A stretch of 63,014 nt of DNA, filler included, from Choristocarpus tenellus KU-1152 (GCA_964200185.2; 6 parts of 6 records of this genome joined end to end with filler, not necessarily neighbours in it), one strand, 5' to 3'. Shown: positions 44,437-57,389, numbered from the whole stretch's first letter. Program-made: numbers and translations. Notes: generated by a model not told the origin, from the letters alone.

Positions 44437-44868
44437 AATCGGTTTGGCACCAATGCATATTACTAATCAAGCCCCTGCTGAACCGAAGCGATCGAGAGGT
44501 ACCCAGTTCTTGCCGTTTCATATTTAAAGCCAGTTGATGAAGTACTAAAGTTGACTTGAGAGGGTTGATTTCTCCATTGTTTGAAACTTTTCGACACAAT
44601 TCGGAAAGTGTCCTACACGCATCTGTCAAAAATGCCGAAATTTGCGCATATTTGCTGACATTCTTACGACGCAAGTTCGGTTACCTCTTGTTTGCGTTGA
44701 CTTCCTCCTCTCGCACGTAGAGCACACGGAGTATCTATTGTGTGGAAAATACCCTGTGTTATTCAACTCACCGCCCTCCTTTTTTTTTTGCTCAAAAGAA
44801 CGGTGCAACTCTCCGGTCTTGCTTCTTTTATATTTTGTGTGTGTATCATATTGATTCTTTTTTTTTAG

Positions 44869-45063
44869 GTGGATGCAGCGATTGTCCGGATCATGAAGGC
44901 ACGGAAAACTCTCCCGCACACACTGTTGATGAGTGAGCTGTTCGGTCAGATCAAGTTCCCAGCATTGCCGGTGGACCTGAAGAAACGAATTGAGTCTCTC
45001 ATTGAGAGGGACTATCTGGAAAGGGATCCAGATAACCCTGCAACATACAACTACCTTGCGTGA
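44869..45063 (+). CDS. CUL4: Terminal exon of a cullin (cullin-4-like neddylation domain); upstream exons not on this contig
   Basis: Polypyrimidine-AG acceptor followed by [53 protein letters not shown]...YNYLA-stop. The QxKFP...[10 protein letters not shown] segment favours CUL4. Confidence 0.88.
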   Translation: MDAAIVRIMKARKTLPHTLLMSELFGQIKFPALPVDLKKRIESLIERDYLERDPDNPATYNYLA

Positions 45064-45118
45064 CACTGTCATCTGGAGCATATCCCTTTGGATGGGGTCT
45101 GTTCCTTGCTTTCATTTC

Positions 45119-45163
45119 GTGTGTGTGTGTGTGTGTGTGTGTGTTTGTGTGTGTGTTTGTGTG
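45119..45163. repeat. (GT)n microsatellite in the cullin 3' UTR region
   Basis: Direct reading. Confidence 0.9.
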
Positions 45164-46593
45164 GTGGTTGTCAAGTAGGGATGCATTGGCGGGGGCACTA
45201 GTTTTGAACACGTATCTGTGAATGGTTATTACTATGATGTTTCTGTGGTTTTGAGGGGGTCAGGGTCTGTTGCAATTGGCATTAGGTCTGTCCATTGAAA
45301 TTCTCGCTGAATAGTTACTTTGCTTTTGTTTGGAGGCGGTGAGTCACACGGTAGGTCGGTAAACAAGTAGGATTGTTGGATTGGTTTATCATCGTATTCG
45401 TAGTTATTGATGCAGTGAGGCAGTTATGTGCATGGCATATATATATTGTATGCCTTATAGTGTAAATGGAAGAAGATAATCGGGCAGTTTTATTTGCTGC
45501 TGATTTTCTCTCTTGCTCACTCTCTAAACCTCTCCTCCTGTGTGTAGCTTGTTATTAGTTAGATTGTGTTGTCCCCAATAATATACTTCTTAGTTGCTTC
45601 CATCGTGCATCACCATGAAGATACCTGTTTTGCAACAAAATTAGAGGCTTACCTCCTGACTACTGTGGTTGTTTTGAACCAATGGTGGGTCCGTGGATGA
45701 GTGAATACTCAAAATAGTATTCCACTAACGGAACGTACAACTTGATAAGTTCAAAATGGTAGGTGATGCGATGACTACTCACTACCTCAATATGTATTTA
45801 TTTTAATGGACCATACACTACCAGGACATTTTGGGTGTCAAGGGGTTCACCTTGTCGGGTCATTGCCTCATCGTCATGCATCATCCACTTTGCAAAGCCA
45901 AAGGAAATTCGCCGTAACTGATGAAGTCTTGCATGCCTCCCCGACATTTTTATGATTCGATGTTTTGCGTGAATAAAAAATTGTTCCATACAAAAAATGT
46001 GATTCCCTACTTTTGTATAGGATGGTATACATGTTTTGTTTTGGGGAGGATTTGTTAAGGAGCTGTTGCCCTAACCATGTGATAGCCATGCCAAGATAAA
46101 GAATAACTCAAGTAGAAGCATATCCAGTTGTTAACTCTTATTAAAAAAATCTTGAGAAAACAATGAGGCACTAATTTGTCAGCACCCCCGCCTGCCTCAT
46201 GGACCTTGTGTCACCAACTCAAAGCCCTTGTAACAACCGCTCCTCCATGGCAATGCTACCTGTTGTGCTGTTGGTACTGTTACAACCTATCGAAGTAGGT
46301 GTACCTTCACAGCCAGCTCCCTTGTTAGTATTAATGTAAATATATTATAATTAGATAGGCACTACTAAACAGCCTCTCAACAAAATTGAGGATGGAGCAT
46401 ACTATGGAGGATAGGTTTGACCCAAAATGGTGCGCGGAAAGTGTCCATATGTTTGTTTTTTTTGTAAATGTTGCGGCACTTCTTAAGGGCCCTGCTACAA
46501 ATGAGAATCCGTGCCGAAGGTGGTAGTAGGACAGTGTGTGGGGGGCGGCAATGATTTCGTTCGATCGTCGTGCACATGTATGCCCTGCGTTGG

Positions 46594-46693
46594 NNNNNNN
46601 NNNNNNNNNNNNNNNNNNNNNNNNNNNNNNNNNNNNNTTAATTAATTAANNNNNNNNNNNNNNNNNNNNNNNNNNNNNNNNNNNNNNNNNNNN
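46594..46693. other. Artificial contig spacer
   Basis: N44-TTAATTAATTAA-N44. Confidence 0.98.
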
Positions 46694-47009
46694 CATATGG
46701 TACTTTACCCCCCTCGAAAACCTGTAAAAAAAAAACCTAACTCTAACCCTCACCCTAACCCTAACTCTAAACACACCGACAGTTTCGCCAGTATTTTTCT
46801 TCTACCGAGTTTTCTTATTTAAAAAAAAAAGAAAAGCACGATCTGGCATCTGGAAAAACAAAACGAACAACTGGATATGAATCCAGGATTTTTTTTTTTA
46901 ATGCAGAAACGATTTTTAAAGACCACCTGTCTGGACACTACATAGCATGCTAAAAATAAAAAATAAAATGAGAGGTACCCAGAGGTGCATTTTAAGGATA
47001 CTCACAAAT

Positions 47010-47195
47010 ACCTTTCAAAATTCGGCATTTTTTACACAAACACAAATTCTGTGTAGGGATACGTTGTGAATTGCGTCAGAAACTCTTTCAAAACAAGTAA
47101 AATGCCTTTCAAAATTCGGCATTTTATTTTTTAACACAAACACAAATTCTGTGTAGGGATACGTTGTGAATTGCGTCTGAAACACTTTCACACAA
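47010..47195 (+). repeat. ~95-bp tandem duplication inside a family-C element
   Basis: CCTTTCAAAATTCGGCATTTT...ACACAAACACAAATTCTGTGTAGGGATACGTTGTGAATTGCGTC occurs twice. Confidence 0.9.
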
Positions 47196-47519
47196 TGGAG
47201 AAGCAGAGACACTCCCCTAACCCTAAAGTTGACCATGGACATAGAAATATGGGTCAATTGAAAAAGATCGCAAGGTAAGACTTGAAACACAAATCATTGA
47301 CCAAAACGACTTCATTCCTCTTCAGTCGAAGTAGGTGAGGGGTTAGTTAGGGTTAGGGTTAGGATTTCGTTTTAATGATACTCTGACAATTATGTGAAAA
47401 AATATATACTTTTTGTACAAACTCACATTTTATTTTATTTTTTAATCTGAATTTTGTCGATCATTGCTTCCCAAAAAAAAGATAAATTGACGTCCTCAGG
47501 TCAATGTCTTAGCACTTCA

Positions 47520-48385
47520 GGGCAAAAGTATCTTGGAGGGTAGAGCCGTTGCGTCCATTTGGGGGCCAAAATCCGATGTTGCGATTTTGATGTAGTCTTG
47601 ACTACCTTTTTGTTTGCTAGGAGGTGTCAATATCCATGTTCTGGACACACCTTTTCATAACGTACACACCTTATTTTAAGCTGTCCTTGACGATCTGTTG
47701 TCCCACACAACCAGTTATATTATTGTGTATTAGCTTGTATCACAGTTGAGAAGAGAATGAGACACCATCACTGGATGGGGCTCACCAAACCTTACAGTAA
47801 ATGATTCAGAATACCAAGTGACTCGACAGTACTCTAGCACACGTCAGATACACTCCGACTCTGACTCTAACATTCCGGACCCAAAGTATCTGTGGGGGGG
47901 GGGGGGGGGGGGGGGGCTAGAACCAGGTGTTCTGTTGGCGGCAAAAAAAAAAAAAAACAGAAAGACGAAAGGAGGGGGGGAGAACGGGAGCAGTCTATAC
48001 CAGGGTTTCCATTTGGGCCAAAAACAGGAAAATTGTACTTACATTATCCATCCGACGTATGCAACCAAATCACACAAAAATCACGACATCAAAAATTTGA
48101 CCCCAAATGGACAGCTGCCACCCCTCCCCAGATACTTTGAGCCTCTGCCAATGACTTCTGGTCAAAAACCCTGCCAAAATATCCTTACTCTCCCACAACA
48201 TCGTCTCTGCGTACATAAAATATGACTTCGAATCATATTCTCACATATGGTCAACCATAATCTTGACACTTTACCTATTCCTAAACATTTTGGAGTAGGA
48301 AAATGTCATAAAAGAACCCGTGGGAACCCAAGCCCCATATGGACAAACAGGGCAAAAACTCGTACCTTCTAAGATACTTTCACTC
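47520..48385 (+). mobile_element. MITE family B copy split by a ~600-bp insert that itself carries a family-A MITE
   Basis: The left half (47520-47668) and right half (~48266-48385) are collinear with the 60670 copy; flanks TCA/TCA. Confidence 0.8.
47878..48143 (+). mobile_element. MITE family A copy with internal poly-G/poly-A expansion
   Basis: GACCCAAAGTATCT...AGATACTTTGAGCC; flanks TCCG/TCTG. Confidence 0.88.
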
Positions 48386-49575
48386 TCACCCATAACAATA
48401 AGGGTAAATTGTAAAAAATTAAAAAAAAAAGTGGGTTAAAATGTAAAGCGGGCACCCCGAATGAATACCTCTCATTTACTTTACCTCAACAAAAAAAAAA
48501 TAGTATCTCTCTCTCTCTCTCTCTCTATTCCAGAAGTAGGAGCGCATGATTCCGATAAAAAAAAAAATGAAGTTACAAAGATTAGTATACATGTACAAAT
48601 ATATCGCCCTTAGATCGCATTTGGTATTTGACATCGTTATAGAGAGGAAAATTGTCTGACTTTGCTCCACACAGGAAGAGAGAGATTACACAAGCAGTCA
48701 GTAGAACGAAGAAGAAAAATAACGTGTGAACAATATACCTTTGCTGCACAACGCATTACACAGGTGCACAATAATAATAATAATAAGAATAAGAAGAATG
48801 ATAATAATAATAATAAGTAACCCGGAGTACAAAGCAATCAACAAAATGTGAACTCTAAGGGCAGAAGGGCACGGGCCTTACGTCCCAGTGAGAAAAGAAA
48901 AGAAAAAAGACTACGATGACCACGATATTGCGCGTACGCGATACTTTTTCCAATGTTTTCTTATCTCGACCGCTGAGGGACGCGGAACGCTCTTTTACAC
49001 CTCTCACAAAAACGGATTTGAACGATTCGCACTTATCGCGCCTACTGATCTCTGATCGCCTACTGATCTCTGATCGCCTCATAAGGATGACTATCGAAGG
49101 CATAGCACTTTACAGTCCCTACCGATTTATTTGATTTGATTTTGTGTGTGTGTAGTAGTAGTAGTAGTAGTAGTAGTAGAACTAGAACTTTGTCAGACGA
49201 GAGGGGTGTGGATGGTATGTGATATGATGGTATGTGATACGCATACACCACAGGCGTCGTTGATTTTAATTTTTTTATTGGTGTGTAAAGAGGAAGAAGC
49301 AGCAGTCTCTTTTCAAGAAGCACACATCCCCCATTTACCAATGCAAACTCTAATAAAGATAGGGTATGTATACCTCCTTCCAAGGTGGAGGAGATATCCC
49401 TCGAACGTAATTTAAATAACCACTTGCAAAAGGCACATCACTACGCAGGGGTGACAATAGATTCCTCATTGAAAAACCATGAAAAAGGGAGCAGTGGGGC
49501 TCAAGTGCGCGTAAAATTTCCTTTTGAGGGTTTCTCCATTTGTACCATGGCAAGAATTCTGCCATATTAACACAC

Positions 49576-50860
49576 CTTAAAAGGCCTTGCAGGAGCGGGA
49601 TTGTCATCTGTGTGACGATGCTATTCTTTATCGCCACAACATTCAAGCACTCCCCAGACAAGAGGAGTGATGAGCCTTCCTTGAACAACCAGAGGATCTC
49701 TGAGTTAACATTAGCTGTCCCAAGCAGAGGATCTCCGTCATCATCTCCGTCACAAACTGCGAAGTTAGCGCATCGCTTATTCGCCAGATTATAGAGCAGG
49801 ACACCATCCTCTGTGCCTGCTGTACCCTCCAATGAGCCTGTGTAATACGCCCAGGCTTCATCCCAAATATGCGGCCCACTATCGTCAGTAGTTCCATTGT
49901 TTCCTATATTACAGGCATCAATGGCCAGCTCCATCTGATGTACGACAAACATCCAGACGTTAAGGTACCTTTTGCGACAGAGTGGAAAGTGAAGATGTTT
50001 TTGGGAGGAGGGGGAACATAAAGATATAGGGTTGGGGGACGGCAAGGAGAAAAGACGACGGGGAAGGACATCCGTACATTGCCCATCTAACTTCTGTGTA
50101 TTTGAATGAGAGCACTCATTCTTGTCGCTCGACACGAAGCGATATCCAAGCAAATTTCATCTCCAGCAACCCATTCAAAATTGACAGAATGCAATGGATC
50201 TCCCTGAAGTGCTTGCAGACCCAGGAACAGGGTTCCCTGTCTGATGAACAAGATATATTTCAAGCCCCTACCCTGCCAATCTTGTCAAAGTAGGCATGGA
50301 GTAATCCTTACCACTAACCGTTCGCTCTAGCCATACTTTTTACGTGCGGGGGACGAAGCGAGATTGATATTGGTAAGAGCAGAACAACAGAACAATGGCC
50401 ACACTTACGCGGATCCCTTCTTACAGCACTCCTTTCTGACAATGGGCAACGTCCCCACGAAATCTCCAGTGCCCAAACAAGCACTGGAAGTAAACGTATC
50501 AGCGTATGCACCGTCTTGCCAATAGTTCGCGTAGATCTCGTACAGCTCCTCTCCAGCGAACGTGTCCATTGCTTGGGTCGAAAACCCTTGGATGGTCCTC
50601 GTTGAGGACTGGGTGGATGAGTTCGTGGACGAGTTTACTCCGACGGAATAGGCCTCATACGCACAAGCAAAGCCTGCATCATCCAAGTTGGTCAGGCAAT
50701 CCAACAGTGCTGCCTGGTCTAGGTCGATCTCGGATTGATCGACAACGTCTGATACTGGCGTGTATCCCGCCAACACATCGAATTCTCCAGAAGTAAGTCT
50801 CGGCAATACCGCCAGAACAAGGAAGATCGATCTGCCTACCACCATCCCACAAATTGTCAT
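49576..50860 (-). CDS. FEA1/low-iron-inducible periplasmic protein-like secreted protein, 3' exons not found on contig; exons 50860-50409, 49968-49576
   Basis: Signal peptide, then LAGYTPVSDV..IDLDQ, RTIQGFST, ECCKKGSAYLNVWM, HIWDEAWAYYTGSLEG...LLYNLANKRCANF and QMTIPLLQGLLR, which I recognise from algal FEA1-domain proteins. Confidence 0.8.
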
Positions 50861-51781
50861 AGCGACACCCACCTCGCTGTATTATTTGCCACTTGAGATT
50901 GGAGATATCTTAAGATCGAGGTAGGTACTATACGAGTTGGAGAATTAGGAGGACATGACCTGATGGACCGAGTAAAATAGTACTATCGTCTGATCCCAAG
51001 GATCTCCTGAATTGTCTCTTGATTATACCCCAAGTTTGCTATTCTTAACGAAGAGTTCGACCGGTGACCCCTACGAATATTTATTATTACAACTATTTTA
51101 TATTATATTGAAGTTCAAATACAAAACTGTACCGATTCTGGTTGGTTGTTGTCGTATCAGTATTAGTAGGAGTAGGTAGTAGTAATAGTAGTGAAGTAGT
51201 GGATTTACACCATGTCGTATCTACTAAATGTCACTTCTGTTGTAGGTCGCTTCACAACAACTTCTTAACCTCAAGAGTCATTCAAGTCTTTGTGTTCAAT
51301 GTCTCCATTTGTATCTTTGTTCTATTTATTTCCTTTATGAGGAAGAGTGTAATGTGAATGAGAGGTTCCATTTCGAATCTCCTGAAATTTCTTGTGATCA
51401 CTCCCACCAACGATGGTATATGCATGTTGTGTTCTCATCTACAGACTAACAGTGACTCAATAACGTTTCTTTTCTGAATGATAAACACTGCTTCCGAGAC
51501 AAACTAAACGAGAGGTAGGCAGGTTTTTTGACCATTTCTATTCTAAGGGCGTTTCTTCAATATTTTTCTAATCATACATTCTTGTGTGAATGAAGCATTA
51601 AGTTAGGGTTGGGAATGTTGATTTCTCTATTGTTTGAAACTATACGACAGAATTCAGAAAAGATATGACACGCATTCTCTTAAGGAGTCAAATTTTGGAC
51701 ATATTTATCAGTATCCAAAAAATGCAACTCTGGGAACTTCTCATATACTTTGTTTGTATGGTCCTTCCATATAGTTAGATA

Positions 51782-51907
51782 ACAGCCGATTTCAAAAATT
51801 GAGGATGGAGCTTTTCATTGAGGATGGGCTTGACCCAAATTGACTGGGATAGAGTGTCGATATGTATTTTTTGAAAAGCTCCATCCTCAATTTTTGAAAT
51901 CGGCTGT
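51782..51907. mobile_element. Stowaway/mariner-type MITE with perfect 36-bp TIRs and TA TSD; related left ends at ~46369 and ~62813
   Basis: ACAGCCGATTTCAAAAATTGAGGATGGAGCTTTTCA and its exact reverse complement, flanked by TA on both sides. Confidence 0.88.
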
Positions 51908-53888
51908 TAGATATAAAATATATATTGCTGTAGTCCTCAACCTCACACACATCTCTTACCACAGTGCCCCTCTCCTTAAACACACTAATGTGTGTAAATC
52001 CTCCTCATCGATGTACCGTTCGATATCGACGAACTTACAAAAACTCTCTGGTCTTACGATATGAAATTCTTCTAGATGCCAAACGGTCAACAAAACATCG
52101 TATTCCTCATTTGGAACTATGCACTTCATCAATGTCAACATAATGCCAGCAGATACCCCATCATATAAGAAACACCTCTACGGTGTGTAACATGGTACCT
52201 CACACAGCCAAGCACATCATTATCCGTCCTTGCCGTGTTCCAATCGACAGGGTGGTCATACATATACAATAACAACCTCCATCAGCCTAGACTGTACCTA
52301 ATATTTTATGAGCCACTACTACTAGCAATACTACCACCTCTACAACGACAACGAAGACTACAACTTTGGGGTAAATGTTGAATGAGCGAGATGCTTGTGG
52401 TGGCATCCTATATTTAGTTTTATTTTCTCGCTGATTATTTATTGTATCATTTTATACATCCGTGCTTTGCTCGTTGTGCACACCTACCATCCATGTTGTC
52501 CTCCTCCTGTACTTATTTATTGGTGCAAGGAGTAAGTTCGTTCGTGCCACTCCTACTATTGTTTTTGTTCCGCTGTGTTATTGTTTCTTTCAATTCGTGT
52601 TTTTATTGACGCCTGCCCCCCTGTGTAGTCAAATTTGAAGTACATATAGATTTTGCTGTTGCCATGTTGTATCAATGCAGTCGACAGCAAGTGGTTTGAC
52701 TTTGTGTATCCCTTCAGCATTACCGCCACTCACTAGTGCTACTTCCTCTGCTACTACTTTCATTACTACTTCTCCCTTATCTTTTCACTTGTTGCTAATT
52801 TTGCTCTCCTTGTTGCCGCCTCTTCCTACAACACAACAACAGCAGCATCATTGTTCTGATGTTATTTTTACTCAACCCCAGATACTTTGAGCCAGATATC
52901 TGAGAAAGCTGAATCATGATCCCTCCATCCCCTGATATTTCAACAAGCTTCTGGCCACCGACAACCTACACCTTACATTAAGAGAATTTCGCTCACTGTT
53001 CCCTCCCACACAGAACTGGATTGGTTTTTATAACCTTTAGAATATGATTTGAAGTATTATTTTGTGTACGCACAGATGATAATGCGGGACATTCAGGATA
53101 TTTAGGCGGGGTATTTGACCAGAAGTAATCGGCGGAATGTTAGAGGGGGGGGGTGTTTCTGGCGTGTACTAAAGAACTGTTGAGTCATTTGGTATTCTGA
53201 GTCATTCAATGTAAGGATTGGGAGATCTCACTCTGGGCTTCAGTGCGTGTGACTCTGAATTCAATAGTTTGTGCGTTCAAGGTGGACAGTGTCGTTGAAT
53301 ACGTTTTGGACGATTTTTCGATGGGCTATTGTTGGGACGGTTCAAAACCCAAATTTATAAAACTTTGTGGGCTCTTCTGTATTTTGAGAAACAAAACTAG
53401 AGATGATTGGGCCACTAGAATTTGGTACGTCATCTCTATTATAAATATTCACAACATAATAGACAATACAAAACCAGTTAAAAAATAGGCAGGAGGATAC
53501 CATGCCTAAGTTAAAGGGGCACCCCAACTCATACAAATTGCTCCAACCCTAACCCTAACCCTAGCCTAACTCTAACACGCGAAGATTTGGATATCCGTAG
53601 TGTTGTGACTCGAAAGAAATTACGAGAACAAGTTAAATCAAAAGTTTTTTTTTTTCGATATTCTCGATTTTAATTGAACCGAGTGTTGAGTGCCAAGGGC
53701 TGCGCCGCGCCCAGAGGCAATTCTAACGCTCTCTTTGATGAGGGGCCCAATAATATTCAACACACGTTGCATCTTTAATCTGTTTGTGTTGCTGCATCAA
53801 TCCTCGGATAGTATCCTTTCTGTTGTGTTTCTTGGCAGCCGTCTATGTATCTCCCTTCATCCAATGCCTGGGAAGGAAGGCGTGGAGC

Positions 53889-53983
53889 GAGTGAAGAAAG
53901 TATCTTAGACGGTACGAGTTTTGCCCTTTTTATCCGTTTGGGGGTTGACTTCCCCGACTCTACCCCCTAAGATACTTTAACTC
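53889..53983 (-). mobile_element. MITE family B, 95-bp deletion derivative
   Basis: Both TIRs retained; flanks AGC/AGC. Confidence 0.75.
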
Positions 53984-53989
53984 AGCTGC

Positions 53990-55340
53990 ACATAACTTGG
54001 GTCCAGCCCGCTCTTGTTTAGGTTGCAATATTCCCAGCTACAGAGAACATATACTCTGAGTCCGCTTCTGAAGCAGAAATGGCCAAAATGTGGCAGGCAA
54101 GTTTAGCCAGGCATGGTAACTTCGAGATCCTTCCCCATCACCACTTGAGTGTGTTATTGTAAGCTCCACTATCCTTCTCAATTGTTGGGAGCCCTCCTCC
54201 TGCAACCTCGAAGTCATATCGACCTTTTTATATGCTGCCTCTTCCATGCGCTCCTTGACCATGTGTGTGTTCCAATAACCGCCACCACAAGCTGAATTCC
54301 CCTCATACATTGTAAGGGAAACCTCTTTACGAACTACTTGTGCCATTACTATGGAAGGACTGCCCCCGCTCATGATAGACAATTCGTGGACGTGGGCTTT
54401 ATTCCACCACTAGACTATTCACTGCCTTCCGTGTTCTATGCTCCTCCTCCAGAATGCCTAGTTCTTCTGATTCCACCTCCATACAAATGTCTTCATCATG
54501 CTCATTCTCTGGAATCCCCTGAGGGTATTGGCTGTGGGGTGAAGACAAGTAGTCGGGATCTGCTTCCAAAATACCCTCTGGACTGACCGTTCTCACCGTC
54601 AGTGTGTTGGGTAATATCCCTCCCTGTAACAAAGCGGTGCACAAAATCACATAACATCGCACTAATAATGCACTGGCATTCAGTATTTTTCGCTTTCATC
54701 TGTTCGGGGGTCTTGGTATAAAAGGTACTACAGACTTGCACTGCTTCCTTTAGCTCCACACATATATCACAATGGGACAACTAGAGACAATGCCACGGGG
54801 TATGTGTGATAGATGTAAGTGTATATCACGAAAGGCGCTGCATACAGTATCTATCAACAGGTTTGACAGGTAACAGGTAACTCCTACCCTCCATTCCTCC
54901 TAGAAATGCTTTCAAGTTCTGGTCTACTCCAGAATACAAACCTTCTCCAAATCCTTGTATCCCAGCCAAATGTAGACATATGTTGTTTGTGACCATCAAT
55001 GTTCTCTTGAAAATGGATGGCAGCTTTGAGGTATAGGAAGCGGTCCACCATGGAATAAGTGGAACACAAACGAGTCAGTGTACATCCTTCATCGCTTTAT
55101 ATCCAGCTCAAATCCTTGACATCTTGCACATCTTCTCCAAATACTTGAACTTTTCAGTAAGCAACTAGCTGCCTGAGCTGGTTTCGTGGCATCTCTCCCC
55201 TTCCCTGTTGGATGCAATACTAGCCACAGACAAAAAACATATATCTATGCAGTGAAGGGTGGTAATGTGGTGATCTTCCTCCTCCTCGAGCAATCGACCC
55301 AACTTCACCATTGATGACTCACTACTCTCTGCCTTCAATG
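53990..55340 (-). mobile_element. Decayed hAT transposase
   Basis: TRLCSTYSMVDRFLYLKAAI (TRWNST motif) and, in another frame, LKW*W..LPCLAKLACHILAISASEADSEYMFSVAGNI (hAT C-terminal dimerisation domain). Confidence 0.85.
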
Positions 55341-55410
55341 TAAATTCTTTGTGTTCGTTTGACCCTTCGCCTTACCTGCCATCATCATCCTCAACACGCG
55401 GAAGGGAGTA

Positions 55411-55554
55411 GGAGGTATCATGTATATGTCCAGAACAAGGATATATTTTTTGACTCTTCCAAACAAACACGATCGCGAAAACTAGGTCAAGATCGCAACA
55501 TTGGATTTTGGCCCCCAAACAGACGCGGCTCTACCCTCTAAGATACCTTGACTC
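55411..55554 (-). mobile_element. MITE family B short variant
   Basis: Ends TACCCTCTAAGATACCTTGACTC; reverse-complement homologue of 56713-56851. Confidence 0.75.
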
Positions 55555-56712
55555 CTCATTCCTTCTTAGTACCGTCAGAATCATTACTTCTCTTTCATTA
55601 CTATTCCTATTGTTACTTTCTTTGACGATATTTTGATCGATATATAAATGGCGATGAATCAGAGAGATGACGATCAACCATGACAACAAGCAAAAATACT
55701 TTGTATTAGTGAGGTTTGCCACCAGGAGTAGTAAGCAGCAGTATTCTCATCACTCTCAGCAGTGGAAAGCACTATTATTTTGATAGGAAGGAGTAGCACT
55801 AGATAGTAGGTACTCTAGTATCAGTGGGGAAAGGAGTACCTAGTATTGCGTACATTTATTATACATATACATCAACAAGGATGAAATGCATGCAACAACA
55901 AGAGACGTACCACCGACCTACCACCACCATAACCTTCTTCTACTCCTTGCTGTCCTAGCTACCTAGCTATTTAGCTAGTAGTAGGTAAATATACATCAAT
56001 GGTCCATCATACATGGTAAGGTGATATCTTCAAGAAGTATTCGTAGGAGGAGGAGGAGAAATAGAAGAAACAAATAAATATACACACCACACATTCGTTC
56101 AGACGATAAGAAATCAGGACAACAAGGAAGACAGTGTCAGGATACACACGCATCACCCACCAACAATACCAAGAAAAAGTGGTAAGTTCAACAACACAAC
56201 GACAACAAAAAAAAGACTAAACAACCCCTACTAACTGCAATAAAATTCAAAGGTGAACTAAGTTCAAAATGAAACTTTGTTGTTAATAGTAAAACGACCG
56301 ATGCACCGTAGTAAAGAGCTTGATGAAAGTTCTACTCTTGTGATAAATCCTCCTCCATAGAGCGCAAAACTTGTTTCACAGTGTGAGATCAATCGGTATT
56401 TTTCGCAAAACTGTTTGTATATTTTTTCTGTCAAGTTCTTAGTGGCCCATTCTATAAAAAGCATTTCTCAACATTTTCGCGCACTCCTATTGTCACTCAA
56501 CCTATCTCTGATAATAAAAGCAATAGTCATATATTTGTACTGAACAACCGTGATCAATAGGTCAAGCCAGAATTATCCTCCAAACACCAGAGGATTTCCA
56601 TCTCGTATACAATCCCCATGAAACATACATACATATATTTATATATTTATGGGGTAGGCAACGTAGGTTAAATAGTTGGTTCAGAATAATGAAGAACCTA
56701 CCCCCTGTATGT

Positions 56713-56851
56713 GAGCCAAAGTATCTTAGAGGGTAGAGCCGCGTTAGTTTGGGGCCCAATATCCAATGTTGCGATTTTGACCTAATTTTCGCTATCGTGT
56801 TTGTTTGGAAGAGTAAATGTATCCTTGTTCCGGACATATCCATGATACCTC
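56713..56851 (+). mobile_element. MITE family B short variant
   Basis: Starts GAGCCAAAGTATCTTAGAGGGTAGAGCC; similarity stops at CATGATACCTC, as in the 55411 copy. Confidence 0.75.
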
Positions 56852-57286
56852 TTAGTTTGAGTCATCACGTGCGACATATTTATTTTATGTATAGCACATA
56901 CTCTTGAAACGGAATTTTGGTCGAAGAGTGTGGTTGGTTCCACATCTCATGCTCTAGATTCTAATGTTCAACAGCTCTCCAGGACTCTTGAGCATGTAGT
57001 TAGATATATTTACAGAGGCACTCATCCAGATATATATATATATCTCATTCATGTATGTATTTTCTGTACTTTTTCATACCCTCCAGAGTACCAAAACTTC
57101 GCTATTTTTGACTACTCAGGAGTATATTATTTTGTTATACTTCGAAGTAGTTCTGCGGAAGAGTTTCTTCCTACTACCCAAGACATGATCTCCTCCAACA
57201 TTTAGGGTTTCGCTTTGTCCATTTAACAGGGGATCCTCAAAATTGGGGATGGCCCCGGACTATGGGTATGGTTGTTTTGCGAAAAC

Positions 57287-57386
57287 NNNNNNNNNNNNNN
57301 NNNNNNNNNNNNNNNNNNNNNNNNNNNNNNTTAATTAATTAANNNNNNNNNNNNNNNNNNNNNNNNNNNNNNNNNNNNNNNNNNNN
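57287..57386. other. Artificial contig spacer
   Basis: N44-TTAATTAATTAA-N44. Confidence 0.98.
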
Positions 57387-57389
57387 CAA

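Noticed and set aside
49040-49080. Short direct repeats (also 41706-41760, 42303-42345, 27056-27083, 8259-8380) considered as CRISPR-like
   Set aside because: Only 2-3 tandem units, no unique spacers of regular length and no cas genes.
53889-55554. Family-B TIRs flanking a transposase, considered as the autonomous partner
   Set aside because: The transposase remnant is hAT (8-bp TSD class), and the flanking TIRs belong to two separate self-contained MITE copies.
28710-57386. Recurring TTAATTAATTAA motif inside N runs
   Set aside because: Identical 100-bp artificial linkers between contigs; not biological.
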